Source of the DNA: Candidatus Krumholzibacteriota bacterium
GTDB taxonomy: Bacteria; Krumholzibacteriota; Krumholzibacteriia; JAJRXK01
Direction: 5' to 3'
Assembly (NCBI GenBank): GCA_963764625.1
Contig: CAVXTH010000003.1
Location: forward strand, 32,001 to 96,000
DNA length: 64,000 bases
Shown: in pieces, positions 41,054 to 50,799 of the stretch
Layout: each line of letters starts with the position of its first letter
Position numbering within the stretch: position 1 is the stretch's first letter
Translations under genes and position numbers: made by a program
The notes under the pieces: model-generated
Told to the model about the DNA's origin: nothing
Database searches by the model: none
What the model saw: the letters and a program-made list of their open reading frames with translations, nothing else

Positions 41054-44000
41054 TCCGTCGTCTCCAATCATCCCGGGGACTCACTCGCGAGGGAACGAGG
41101 GAGTACGCGGCGGGGATGACCACCAGGGTCAACAGGGTGCTCAGAGCCAGACCGGAGGCCACCGTCACCGCCAGCGGTGCGCGCAACTCCGACCCTTCCC
41201 CGAAGGCAAGCGCCATCGGGAGAAGCCCCAGGATGGTGGTAATCGTGGTCATCAGGATGGGTCTCAGCCGCAGATGCGCCGCTTGGATCACAGCTTCGCG
41301 CTTCTCCACTCCGGCCCGGCGGCGGCGGTTGATGGCATCGATGAGAACGATCGCATTGTTCACCACGATTCCCACCAGCATGATGACGCCGATCATCACG
41401 ATGACGCTGATCTGCGTATGGGTCGCGTAGAGGCCGGCCACCACGCCGACCAGGGCCAAGGGAATGGTGAAGAGCACCAGGAAGGGATGCAGAAAGCTCT
41501 CGAAGGTCGCGGCCATGACGATGTAGACCAGGAACACGGCCAGAATCAAAGCGAAGCGCAGACTCGAGAAACTGCGCGCCATTTCTTCCTCCTGGCCTCC
41601 GAGGTCCACCGTGGTCCCCGGCGGCGCCGGGACTTTCGCCAGAACACTCTTCACCGCCTTGACCGCGGCGCCAAGGCTCTGCCCCTTCAGTCCCGCACTG
41701 ATCACGGCGGCTCTCTGCTGCTGCACGCGGTGGATTTCGGCCGGCCCCGTCCCCATCCGCACTTGAGCCACCGTGAGGAGCCGAATGGGCTCGCCGTCGG
41801 GTCCGGGCAACACCAGGTTACGCACATCTTGCATGGAACTGCGGTCCCGCTCGAGATTGCGCACGCGGATGTCGATCTGCCGGTCGCCTTCCTTGAAGCG
41901 AGTGGGCACCGTCCCCTGAATTCGATCGCGGAGAGTCTGCGAGAGCTGACCCAAATCGAGACCGAGGGATGCCACGCGATCGCGGTCGAAGATCACTTCC
42001 AATTCGGGGCTTCCCGCCTCCAGGGAAGAACGGACGTCGACCAGGCCGTCGATCTCCGACAGTGCGCTCTTCACGCGCAGCGACCAGTCACGGAGTTCAT
42101 CCAAATCCTCTCCAAAGAGATACACCTCGACCGGAGTCTGCAGGCTGAAGTAGGTGGGCCGGCCGCTGTGCACTTCGGTATCGGGTACGCCTTCGAATTC
42201 GCCGCGCAGGGCGGAGAGAACCCGCGCTTCGGCCTTGTCATCCCCTCGATCCTTCATCACCACGTTGAGCTGACCGAGGTTTTCCGCCTTGGTGTTCAAA
42301 CTCATGCCACCGGCCACGAGGCGACTTCCCGTGGTGGAGTAGATCGTCCCCACTCCTTTCTGCGCCTCCGCTTGCGCTTCCATGCTCTTCATCTGGCGAT
42401 CGGTCGCCGCCAGAGAAGCGCCTTCAGGCATCTTCAACTCGAAGAAGAACTCCCCCTCGGTGAGCGAGGGAAGCAGCTGCGTCCCAAGTCCCCTCACCGA
42501 AGCGACCGACACCCCGAAGAGAACCAGTGCGATCAAAAGAGTGGGCGCCGGACGGCGGGTCGCGCCACGGAGCAGCCGGTCGTAGTAGCGTTCGAAAGCG
42601 CCCAAGCGAAGCGAGGTGTCCTCGATCTCGTCGACTGCCTCACCCTCTCCTTGCGGCCGATCCGTTCCCAGACCGCTCAGCATGGGAATGACCGTGAGCG
42701 CCACCACCAACGAGGCCAAGAGACTGAAGGTGACCGTGAGCGCCTGGTCGCGGAAGAGCTGACCCGACACTCCTTCCACGAAAACCAGGGGCAAAAAGAC
42801 GGCGACGGTGGTGAGGGTCGAGGCGACTACCGCGGCCCCCACCTCGACGGTGCCCTCGACCGCGGCCTTGCTTCGTCGAAATCCGCTGCGTCTCTTGCGA
42901 TCGATCGATTCCAGAACGACGATCGAGTTGTCCACCAGCATTCCGATTCCCAGAGTGAGCCCTCCGAGCGACATGACGTTCAGCGAGATGTTCGCCCGGT
43001 ACATGAGCAGGAAGGCCGCCACCAGCGAGAGCGGAATCGAGGTCGCGATCACCAGGGTGGACCGCCAGTCCTTGAGGAATGCGAACAGCACGAGCACCGC
43101 CAGGATGCCCCCGATCACCGCGGCGGACTTCACTTCGCCGACGGCCTGCTTGATGAATTCGGATTGATCGAAGAGTCCGGTGAGCTTGTAGCCCTTGGGC
43201 AGCTTGCTCGTGTTCCAGCCATCGATGCGTTTGTGCAAGCGCCGTGCGAGCTCCACCGTGTTGGCGTCGCCTTCCTTGAAGATGTCGATCTCGACCGCTT
43301 CCTTGCCGTTGACGCGGGTGATCTCCTCGCGCTCCTTGGCTCCGCGCTTGACGGTTGCCACGTCCCCGAGCCGCACCACCCCACTCTCCCCCCGGTAGAC
43401 GATCAGGTTGGCGATCTCGTCCACGTTGTCGAACTCGTTGATCGTGCGAATGAGATAGTGGTTCTGCGAGCCACGGAGCGAGCCACCCGGCAGGTTCACG
43501 TTCGAGACCCCGACCGTCTGCGTGATGCGCTCCAGGGGGATCCCGAGGGCGGCGAGACGTTCCTGGTCCACGTCGATCTGGATCTCGTCTTCGAGCCCCC
43601 CCTTCACCGCCGCCGAGGCCACGCCGGGGATGGACTCCAGATCTTGCTTCAGCTGTTTGTCGGCCAGGCGCCGCAGCGCGGCCAGATCGTCGCTCCCCGA
43701 AAGAGCCAGGCGCACGATGGGGTCGAGCGAGGGATCGTAACGGAGGACGATCGGGTCCTCGGCTTCCTGGGGCAAGACCAGACGATCGAGTTTCTCCCGC
43801 ACGTCCATGGACAGCATGTCCATGTCCGTCTTCCAGTCGAAGTTCAGGGTGACTTCGCTCACGCCCGAACGGCTCACCGAGTGGATCTCCCGCAGACCGC
43901 GCAGAACTCCCACCGCCTCCTCCACCGGACGCGTCACCAGAGCCTCGACTTCCTCGGGCGCGGTGTCAGGAAACTCGGTTTGCACCGTGAGACTGGGATA

Positions 44001-44126
44001 GGAGATGTCGGGGAAGAGCTCCAGTGCGAGCCGCTGGTATCCGACGAGGCCGAATGCGGTGACGGCGAGCGCCACCATGACAACAGTGACGCGCCGACGA
44101 ACTGCGGTGGCGACGAGAGCGCGCAT
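41050..44126 (-). CDS. RND efflux permease (AcrB family), first subunit; frameshift near 41067 hides the stop
   Basis: GMLVDNSIVVLE, GIVVNNAIV, RLRPILMT. Adding one base gives ...DDLETTE* with an ATGA overlap to the next gene; the ORF-track extension to 40395 is read-through. Confidence 0.9.
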
Positions 44127-45310
44127 CAGGACGCGGACCGTTTCTGGGCTTGGTCATCGTCGGACGGAGGGGAGAGGGTCACCCCATCGTCCTCCACCAC
44201 GTGGAGGGTCTGCCCTTGCTTCAGGTTCCCCTGGCCTTTGACCACTACTTTCTCGCCGTCCTGGACGCCGCTGAGAATCTCGGCGTTGTCATCGTCTCGA
44301 AACCCTACCTCCACCACTCGTCTCTCCGCCGTCGAATCCACCGCGACGTAGACCACTTCTTCCCCCCTTTCACTCACCACCGCGCCGCGGGCCACCAGCA
44401 CGTTTCCTTCCCGGCGCTGGGTCTGCACTTTCACCTGAGCGAAATCACCCGGGCGCACGTTCGGGGGGAACTTGTCGATTTCGATCGTCACCTTGATTGT
44501 GCCAGTGGTGGCATCGATCACCGGACTGATGAGGGTGATGTGACCCTCCAGTGTGAGATCGTCGCTGTCGAGCGAAAGATCAACCGGCTGGTCCACGCTC
44601 AGGTTTCTGAACTCCCGCGCGGGCACGTGCACTTTGGCGAGCAGGGGGTGGAAGTCGGCCAGGGCGAAGAGAGGGGTGCCCACGCTCACGGTTTGCCCCA
44701 GCTCGATGAAACGCTGCGTGACGCTTCCCGCGAAGGGAGCGGTAACTTTGGTGTAGGAGACATTCAGGCGCGCGAGGTCTTCCTGCGCTCTCGCGCTCGC
44801 GAGATCGCTCTTCGCCGTCTCGAACTCCTCCACCGAGACCAGATGTTGATCCACCATGTTCTTCAGGCGGTCGAAGTTCGACTCGAGCTTGGCTCGGTTC
44901 GCTTCGGCTTCGCGGAGCCGATAGAGATATTCGTTGTTGTCGAGCTGCAGGAGGACCTGATCCGCGGCGACTTTGTCCCCCTCCTCACAGTTCAGCGTCT
45001 TCACGACACCCTGGACCCTCGCGAGAATCTGGGCCTGCTTCTGCGCCTGCAGGGTCGCGGTCGAGCTGTAGTAGCTCGCGATCGATCCTCGGTGCGCCGA
45101 CTCGACCGCCACGTTGGCCGGTGGCGCCTTCGGTGCGCCCTGCTTGGCGGCCGTCGCTCCTTTCTCGTGAGAGGACTCCGCCGCTTGCTTGCCGCGCTGG
45201 CACGAGCTCAGAAGGGCGATCGTGGCCAGCAGGAGGAGACAGAGCTTGAGCGGGCGCGAGAGGCCGGGGAAAAAGCCCCGCCGGGTGTGCTGACGCGAGT
45301 GGAAAGGCAT
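44126..45310 (-). CDS. RND periplasmic adaptor (membrane fusion protein), lipoprotein
   Basis: Lipobox LSSC, G.V......EGDKV, APFAG.V, ISPVID..TGT, RPGDF, G...GEKVV..G. Confidence 0.92.
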   Translation of the reverse strand: MPFHSRQHTRRGFFPGLSRPLKLCLLLLATIALLSSCQRGKQAAESSHEKGATAAKQGAPKAPPANVAVESAHRGSIASYYSSTATLQAQKQAQILARVQGVVKTLNCEEGDKVAADQVLLQLDNNEYLYRLREAEANRAKLESNFDRLKNMVDQHLVSVEEFETAKSDLASARAQEDLARLNVSYTKVTAPFAGSVTQRFIELGQTVSVGTPLFALADFHPLLAKVHVPAREFRNLSVDQPVDLSLDSDDLTLEGHITLISPVIDATTGTIKVTIEIDKFPPNVRPGDFAQVKVQTQRREGNVLVARGAVVSERGEEVVYVAVDSTAERRVVEVGFRDDDNAEILSGVQDGEKVVVKGQGNLKQGQTLHVVEDDGVTLSPPSDDDQAQKRSAS

Positions 45311-45560
45311 GAAGCTTCCTCGGGAGAGGGTCTGAAGAGTCGTGGATCGCCGGGGTCCCGCGTCACGCGGGAAACCCAGCCAAAACTAACGCCGCGCGGG
45401 CAGCCTGCCACAATACGCCGATCCCGGCGGGAAGGTTGCTGCCCAATCCGGGTCGGGACAGGTATAGTACCGTCAATGCCCGTAAGTTGCGAACGCGACG
45501 GGGCTGAGCGGAAGCGAAGGGCCAGAAACCAGAAAAATCCGCCCCAACCAGCGCGGTGCC

Positions 45561-46793
45561 ATGTTCATTCGGTTTTGTATCTATTCAGTGCTCAAGAACC
45601 TGCGCTTCTTCGAGCCTTTCTTCGTGCTCTACCTGCTCGCTCCGGCCTCCAAAGGCGGTGCCGAGCTCAGTTTTCTGGCCATCGGTACGCTGGTGGGCTA
45701 CCAGAAGTTCCTCACCGGCTTGCTGGAGATCCCACTCGGCGTCGCCACCGACCGCTTCGGACGGCGCAGCGCGCTGGTCCTGTGTTTCTCCTTCTACACC
45801 CTGGCGTTTCCCTGCTTTGCTGCTGCCAGCCGGCTTGACGGCACCACGCTGCTCGCCGTCCTCTATCTCGCGCAAACTCTCTTCGGCCTGGGCGAGGCCC
45901 TGCGCACCGGAAGCCACAAGGCCATCATGCTCGACTGGGCCACCCGCGACGGTGGGCCGAGCGAGGTCACGCAACTCATCGCGAAGACGCGCTTCTTCTC
46001 CAAGCTCTCCTCCGGGGTGGGCGCGCTCGTGGGCGGGCTCCTGGTCTGGCGCACCGCATCGTTCACCCCGCTCTTTCTCGCCGCCACCTTTCCCGCCTTG
46101 GGCGGGGTGGTCCTCATGCTGAGCTATCCCCGCTGGCTCGAGGGAGAGCAAAGGCGAAGCGCCGAGCCGGCGGTTCCCCTGCGTCAGGGATTGCGCCGTC
46201 TCCTCGGGCATCCGGGCCTGGTTCCCATCTTCGTCGCCTCGCTGCTCTTCGAGAGCCAGGTGAAGCTGGCGCAACACTACCTTCAGCCCTTCCTCTCCGC
46301 CGACCTGCACCAGCGGGACATCGTCCTGGTGGGAGGCGTGGGGGCGGTCGTGGTCGGCCTGTTCTATTTGGGACAGGATTTCTTCGGAGCGATCAGCGCG
46401 CGCCTGGCCTCTCACGCGGAAGAGGCGTTCGGGGGAACATCTCAGGGGCTCCGGGGGATCTACCTCATGCTCTGTGTGGTCAGCGGGATCATGGCCCTGG
46501 CGTTTTCTCTGGGCTGGCTCTCCGTGGGTCTTTTGGGGTTCTTCGCGGTGGCCGCCCTGCAGAACCTCCGCCGTCCCATCTTCGTCTCCGGTCTGAATCT
46601 GGTCTCCGATCCCGCGCAGCGGGCGACGACGCTCTCTCTGGAGAGCCAGGCCCGATCGTGGTCCGTCGCGCTCCTCTCACCTCCGGTTGGCTACCTGGCG
46701 GACCGCTTCGGCATCGCGGTCGCGTTCGTCGCCATCACCCTGCTTCTGCTGTTGGGCCTGCCCTTGCATTTGCACTCAGGGCGTGGCCGGTAG
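45561..46793 (+). CDS. MFS transporter
   Basis: LEIPLGVATDRFGRR motif A, GEALRTG, RATTLS, GYLADRFG; about 12 TM. Confidence 0.88.
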   Translation: MFIRFCIYSVLKNLRFFEPFFVLYLLAPASKGGAELSFLAIGTLVGYQKFLTGLLEIPLGVATDRFGRRSALVLCFSFYTLAFPCFAAASRLDGTTLLAVLYLAQTLFGLGEALRTGSHKAIMLDWATRDGGPSEVTQLIAKTRFFSKLSSGVGALVGGLLVWRTASFTPLFLAATFPALGGVVLMLSYPRWLEGEQRRSAEPAVPLRQGLRRLLGHPGLVPIFVASLLFESQVKLAQHYLQPFLSADLHQRDIVLVGGVGAVVVGLFYLGQDFFGAISARLASHAEEAFGGTSQGLRGIYLMLCVVSGIMALAFSLGWLSVGLLGFFAVAALQNLRRPIFVSGLNLVSDPAQRATTLSLESQARSWSVALLSPPVGYLADRFGIAVAFVAITLLLLLGLPLHLHSGRGR

Positions 46794-47654
46794 CTTCTTG
46801 AGCACGACCCCATCCCCGCCGTACACCACTTCGTCCTTCTTGCTATAGGCCGCCTCGATCCAACTCGAGCGTACCGCCACTTGCTTGAGGACCGCCTTCA
46901 CCTGGGTGGCCGCGAAGGCGGCAACCAATTCGTCGGGAATCCAACCGCCCACCGAAGTGGCGACGGTCCAGGCGAGGAGAGTTCGATTCTCGTCGAGTTT
47001 GAAGCAGATGTACGCGCCGTAGTTGATGGGAACCCAGATCGCCTGTTCCATCATCTCGCGGGTCACCGCATCGTGCTTGCCCGAGGAGACGAGTTCTTGG
47101 GCGATGCGCTTTTCATCGGGAGCGATGTCCCAGCTCTGGGCCCAGATCCAGCCCTGTGAGACTTTCGCCAGGTCCAGCTCGTTGCGGGCCGTGACCACGG
47201 TCTGCCGGTCCTTCACCGGCCAGGGGGCGTGGATGTACACGTAGTCAGTGCTACCCCCCTTACCGTCATTCGCGTAGCGCTGCAGGGTATAGGTATCATT
47301 GTGCGCGTATTCGGGGTCGATGCCGGACAGCCAGACCGAACGCACCGGCTGCGAGATCACGAAGTAGCCGAACACGCGGTGAGTCACCTGGTCGCTGTCC
47401 CGGTGCCTTCCCTCCTTGCGCCGGATCACCACCACCTCACCCGAAAGCAGATTCCGCAGCTGCTCGGGGCTCAGACCGACCAGGGAATCCTGGGCGTGCG
47501 CGTTGTAGAACTCGATCGCGCCGGGGATGGCGAGGGCCAGCTGGGAGTCAGCCAGCGCCGCTACCGGCTCTCCTCGAGCCGTGCCGACGGCGAAAGGCAA
47601 AGCGAGGGCGAGCCACGCGAGGCAGAGAATTAAAAGCGGGCGAGTAGAGCGCAT
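46776..47654 (-). CDS. Secreted START/SRPBCC-like lipid-binding protein
   Basis: Signal peptide ending ARG; YVYIHAPWPVKDR and GGWIPD.LV typical of START domains. Confidence 0.55.
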   Translation of the reverse strand: MRSTRPLLILCLAWLALALPFAVGTARGEPVAALADSQLALAIPGAIEFYNAHAQDSLVGLSPEQLRNLLSGEVVVIRRKEGRHRDSDQVTHRVFGYFVISQPVRSVWLSGIDPEYAHNDTYTLQRYANDGKGGSTDYVYIHAPWPVKDRQTVVTARNELDLAKVSQGWIWAQSWDIAPDEKRIAQELVSSGKHDAVTREMMEQAIWVPINYGAYICFKLDENRTLLAWTVATSVGGWIPDELVAAFAATQVKAVLKQVAVRSSWIEAAYSKKDEVVYGGDGVVLKKLPATP

Positions 47655-47844
47655 GAAGCCTACCGAGAGAAGGGCTCCTGGAAGCGATCCGCGAGGGGTG
47701 GAAACAGGGTAGCCGCAAGTCGACCACCCCGAAAGGCCGCCGTCTCTTGATCCCATCGGTACAAGGGGCTAGCTTTGCCCGGATCCTCTTCGGACCGTCT
47801 CGGGGTCCGGCTCGTGTTTCACCTTTTGGAAAGGATGCGCCGGC

Positions 47845-49044
47845 ATGAAGCTGGTCGAACATCTCGGCAAGCGCCTCGTTTCGCGCTCGGGAATCCAGAC
47901 CCCGAGAAGCGAGCTTGCGAACTCTCCCCAAGAGGCGCGCCGCGCGGCGGAATCGCTCGAGTGCCCGGTGGTGGTCAAGGCCCAGATCCTGGCTCCGGGC
48001 CGGGGCAAGCACGGCGGGATCCTCTTTGCCGACACCCCAAAGGCCGCCGCCGAGGCCGCCGAATCTCTCTTGAACAAGAGCTTCGGTCCCGAGCTGTGTC
48101 GCAGCGTGCTGGTCGAGGAACGACTCGAGATTGAGGAAGAACTCTACCTTGCCTTCACCGTCGACGCTTCGCGGCGTCGACTCAGTCTCATTCTGACGCG
48201 GCACGGCGGAGGAGAGGTCGAGACCGTCTTTGAGACGAGACCCCAAGACGTCCTCGTGGAACCGGTGGGCGCCTTAGAGACCTTTCATCCGTTCAAGGGG
48301 AGAGAGCTGGCGCTAAAGATGGGCCTTCGCGGCAAGGCGGTGGTGAAAGTCGGCGACGCCATCACCAAGCTCGTCGCCTGTGGACGCGCGAACGATTGCC
48401 GCCTGGCCGAGATCAATCCTCTGGTCCTCACCAAGGACGGGCGCGTCGTCGCCGCGGACGCAGTTCTGAACGTCGATGAGGACGCCCACTTTCGCTTGGG
48501 GTGGATGAGCGAATTCGGTCTGTCGATGGAAGAAGAACGTCCCCGCCAGGCCACGCAGCGCGAGCTGGAGGCGGCGGAAATCGACCGCGTCGACTACCGC
48601 GGCTCGGTGCACTACCAGGACATCGACGAGAACGGGGATGTGGGAACCGTCACGGTGGGGAGCGGGTTCTCCATCACCATGCTCGACGTCCTGGGAAACT
48701 ACGGCCTCAAGCCGGCCAACTTCTGCGACTGTTCGGGCAGCCCGCCGGCCGAGAAAGTCCGCCAGAGTTGCGAGATCGTGCTGAGCATCAGAGGGATCAA
48801 AGCTTTCCTCTTCCTCAGCGGAATCATGACCCAGGATCTCACCGTCACCGCGCGCGGCATCATCGACGCCTACGAGAAGCTCTCCCCCACCATTCCCTTC
48901 CTCGTGAAACTGGCGGGCAATCGCGATCGCGAGGCCTACCAGATGATGGTCGACGCGGGACTGCCCCACGTCTACCAGCGGGAGGTGGCGGTGGAGACCA
49001 TCGTGGAAGATTGCGTTCGTCTCATGAAAGAGGGGAAGAGCTGA
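47845..49044 (+). CDS. Succinyl-CoA synthetase beta-like ATP-grasp subunit (divergent; citryl-CoA synthetase large subunit-like)
   Basis: MKLVEHLGK, VVKAQI..GRGKHGG, VLVEE, ELYL, AEINPL, KPANF.D; substrate loops deviate from SucC. Confidence 0.85.
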   Translation: MKLVEHLGKRLVSRSGIQTPRSELANSPQEARRAAESLECPVVVKAQILAPGRGKHGGILFADTPKAAAEAAESLLNKSFGPELCRSVLVEERLEIEEELYLAFTVDASRRRLSLILTRHGGGEVETVFETRPQDVLVEPVGALETFHPFKGRELALKMGLRGKAVVKVGDAITKLVACGRANDCRLAEINPLVLTKDGRVVAADAVLNVDEDAHFRLGWMSEFGLSMEEERPRQATQRELEAAEIDRVDYRGSVHYQDIDENGDVGTVTVGSGFSITMLDVLGNYGLKPANFCDCSGSPPAEKVRQSCEIVLSIRGIKAFLFLSGIMTQDLTVTARGIIDAYEKLSPTIPFLVKLAGNRDREAYQMMVDAGLPHVYQREVAVETIVEDCVRLMKEGKS

Positions 49045-49958
49045 TGGCGATCCTCGTGAATCGAGACACCCGTTGTGTCATTCAGGGAGCCACCGGTCAG
49101 GGAGGCAAACGGTTCATCCAGCGCATGATCGATTTCGGTTCGCCGCCGGTGGCCGGAGTGACTCCGGGCAAGGGTGGGGATGAGGTCGCGGGAGTGCCCG
49201 TATTCGACACGGTCAAGGAGGCAGTGGAAGCCACTGGCTGTGATTTCTCCTCCATCAACGTCCCTCCTGCCCTGGTGAAGGACGCCGCGTTCGAAGCGTT
49301 CGACGCCGGCATCCGCAAGATCTTCATGTACGCCGAGCGCGTGCCCTTGCACGACGCGATGGAGATCATGGCCTACGGCGATATGATCGGAGCCACCATG
49401 GTCGGTCCCAACAGTCCGGGCATCGTCAGCCCCGGCAAGTACCGCCTCGGCGGATTGGGCGGCGACAAGGAGTACGTGGCCGAGATCTTCAAGGAAGGTG
49501 AGGTAGGTCTGTGCAGTCGCAGCGGAGGCATGACTTCCACCCTGGGCTACACGATCAGCCAGGGGGGTCTGGGTCTCTCCACCGCGGTGGGGCTGGGCGG
49601 CGATGCCATCATCGGATCCCCGTTCACCAAAGTGCTGCCGCTCTTCGAAAGCGACCCCGAGACCAAAGCCATTTGCATGTTCTGCGAGATCGGAGGGAGC
49701 ATGGAAGAGGAGGCGTCGGAGCTCATCAAGAGCGGCGCCATCACAAAGCCCATCGTCGCGTTCATCGCGGGCCGCGAGGCGCGGGCCGGGTTCCGCTTCG
49801 GCCACGCGGGCGCGCTGGTGGAACGCGGCCGCGGCACCTACCAGAGCAAGGTGGACTCCCTCTCCTCCGCCAAGGTCGCCATCGCCAAGAACCTGCGGGA
49901 CATTCCAGTTCTCTTGCGCGAAGCCCTGGGAATGCCGCCCCGCGAGGAGCAATCATGA
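49044..49958 (+). CDS. Succinyl-CoA synthetase alpha-like CoA-binding subunit
   Basis: QGATG, GVTPGKGG, GPNSPG, SRSGG, GLGGD, EIGG, FGHAGA (phospho-His). Confidence 0.9.
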   Translation: MAILVNRDTRCVIQGATGQGGKRFIQRMIDFGSPPVAGVTPGKGGDEVAGVPVFDTVKEAVEATGCDFSSINVPPALVKDAAFEAFDAGIRKIFMYAERVPLHDAMEIMAYGDMIGATMVGPNSPGIVSPGKYRLGGLGGDKEYVAEIFKEGEVGLCSRSGGMTSTLGYTISQGGLGLSTAVGLGGDAIIGSPFTKVLPLFESDPETKAICMFCEIGGSMEEEASELIKSGAITKPIVAFIAGREARAGFRFGHAGALVERGRGTYQSKVDSLSSAKVAIAKNLRDIPVLLREALGMPPREEQS

Positions 49959-50740
49959 CCGATTACAGTTGGAAGACGAGTCTGAGCAAAGTCCTGCCCA
50001 ACCTCATTCGCATCCGCGGCTACGACATCAACGAGCTCATGGAGAAACTCACCTTCCCCGGCGCGCTCTTTCTGCTGTGGACGGGCGAGGTCCCCGACGA
50101 GCCCACCGCGAAACTCATCTCCGCCATCATGGTCTCGAGCATGGATCACGGCGCCTCTCCCCCCTCGGTGAACGCGGCCCGCATTGTCGCCTCCACCGGC
50201 GGCTCTCACAACGCGGCCATCGCGGCCGGTGTGCTGGCTCTGAACAAGTACCACGGCGCCGCGGTGGAGGACTGCATGCAGATGCTCGTGGACTTCCGCC
50301 GGCTCAAAGAGGAGAGCGGCCGCGACAACCGAGAGGTCGCGAGCGAGATCCTCGCGCGTCTCAAGGCGAAGGGCGACCGCGCCTGGGGGATCGGCCACCG
50401 CCTCCACACCGCCGACCCGCGGCGCGAGACCCTCTTCCGCCTGTGCCGAAAGTGCGGGGTGGACGGAAAGTACATCGAGGCGGTGGAAGCCATCGCCAGC
50501 GCGGTGACCGAGAGGGCCGGACGGCCCATGCCGGTGAACATCGACGGCTGCGTCGCGGCCTGCCTGTGCGAGATCGGCTTCCCCAAGACCATGGCGAACG
50601 CGCTCTTCATCCTGTCGCGTTCGGCCGGGATCGCGGTGCAGGCGCGAGAGGAAATGGATACCCAGAAGCCGATGCGCAAGATCCACCCGGCTGGCTTCGA
50701 GTATGATGGTCCGGACGATCGCAGCCTCCCGTCGAAGTAG
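49955..50740 (+). CDS. ccl: Citryl-CoA lyase (citrate-synthase small-domain family)
   Basis: WKTSLS...IRIRGY, DHG..PPS, HGAAVE, GIGHRLH..DPR, PVNIDG; 261 aa; ATGA overlap. Confidence 0.8.
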   Translation: MTDYSWKTSLSKVLPNLIRIRGYDINELMEKLTFPGALFLLWTGEVPDEPTAKLISAIMVSSMDHGASPPSVNAARIVASTGGSHNAAIAAGVLALNKYHGAAVEDCMQMLVDFRRLKEESGRDNREVASEILARLKAKGDRAWGIGHRLHTADPRRETLFRLCRKCGVDGKYIEAVEAIASAVTERAGRPMPVNIDGCVAACLCEIGFPKTMANALFILSRSAGIAVQAREEMDTQKPMRKIHPAGFEYDGPDDRSLPSK

Positions 50741-50799
50741 ACGGGGGCAACTTTATCCTTTCCCGGAAAGACCAGGTCGTTTCATGCAGAGACCGTCAC

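Noticed and set aside
37976-45310. MFP + two RND permeases without an outer-membrane factor
   Set aside because: A well-known arrangement (MdtABC-like); the OMF is often encoded elsewhere.
37982-45838. Long plus-strand ORFs (772, 1106 and 562 aa) opposite the RND cluster
   Set aside because: Same antisense artefact.
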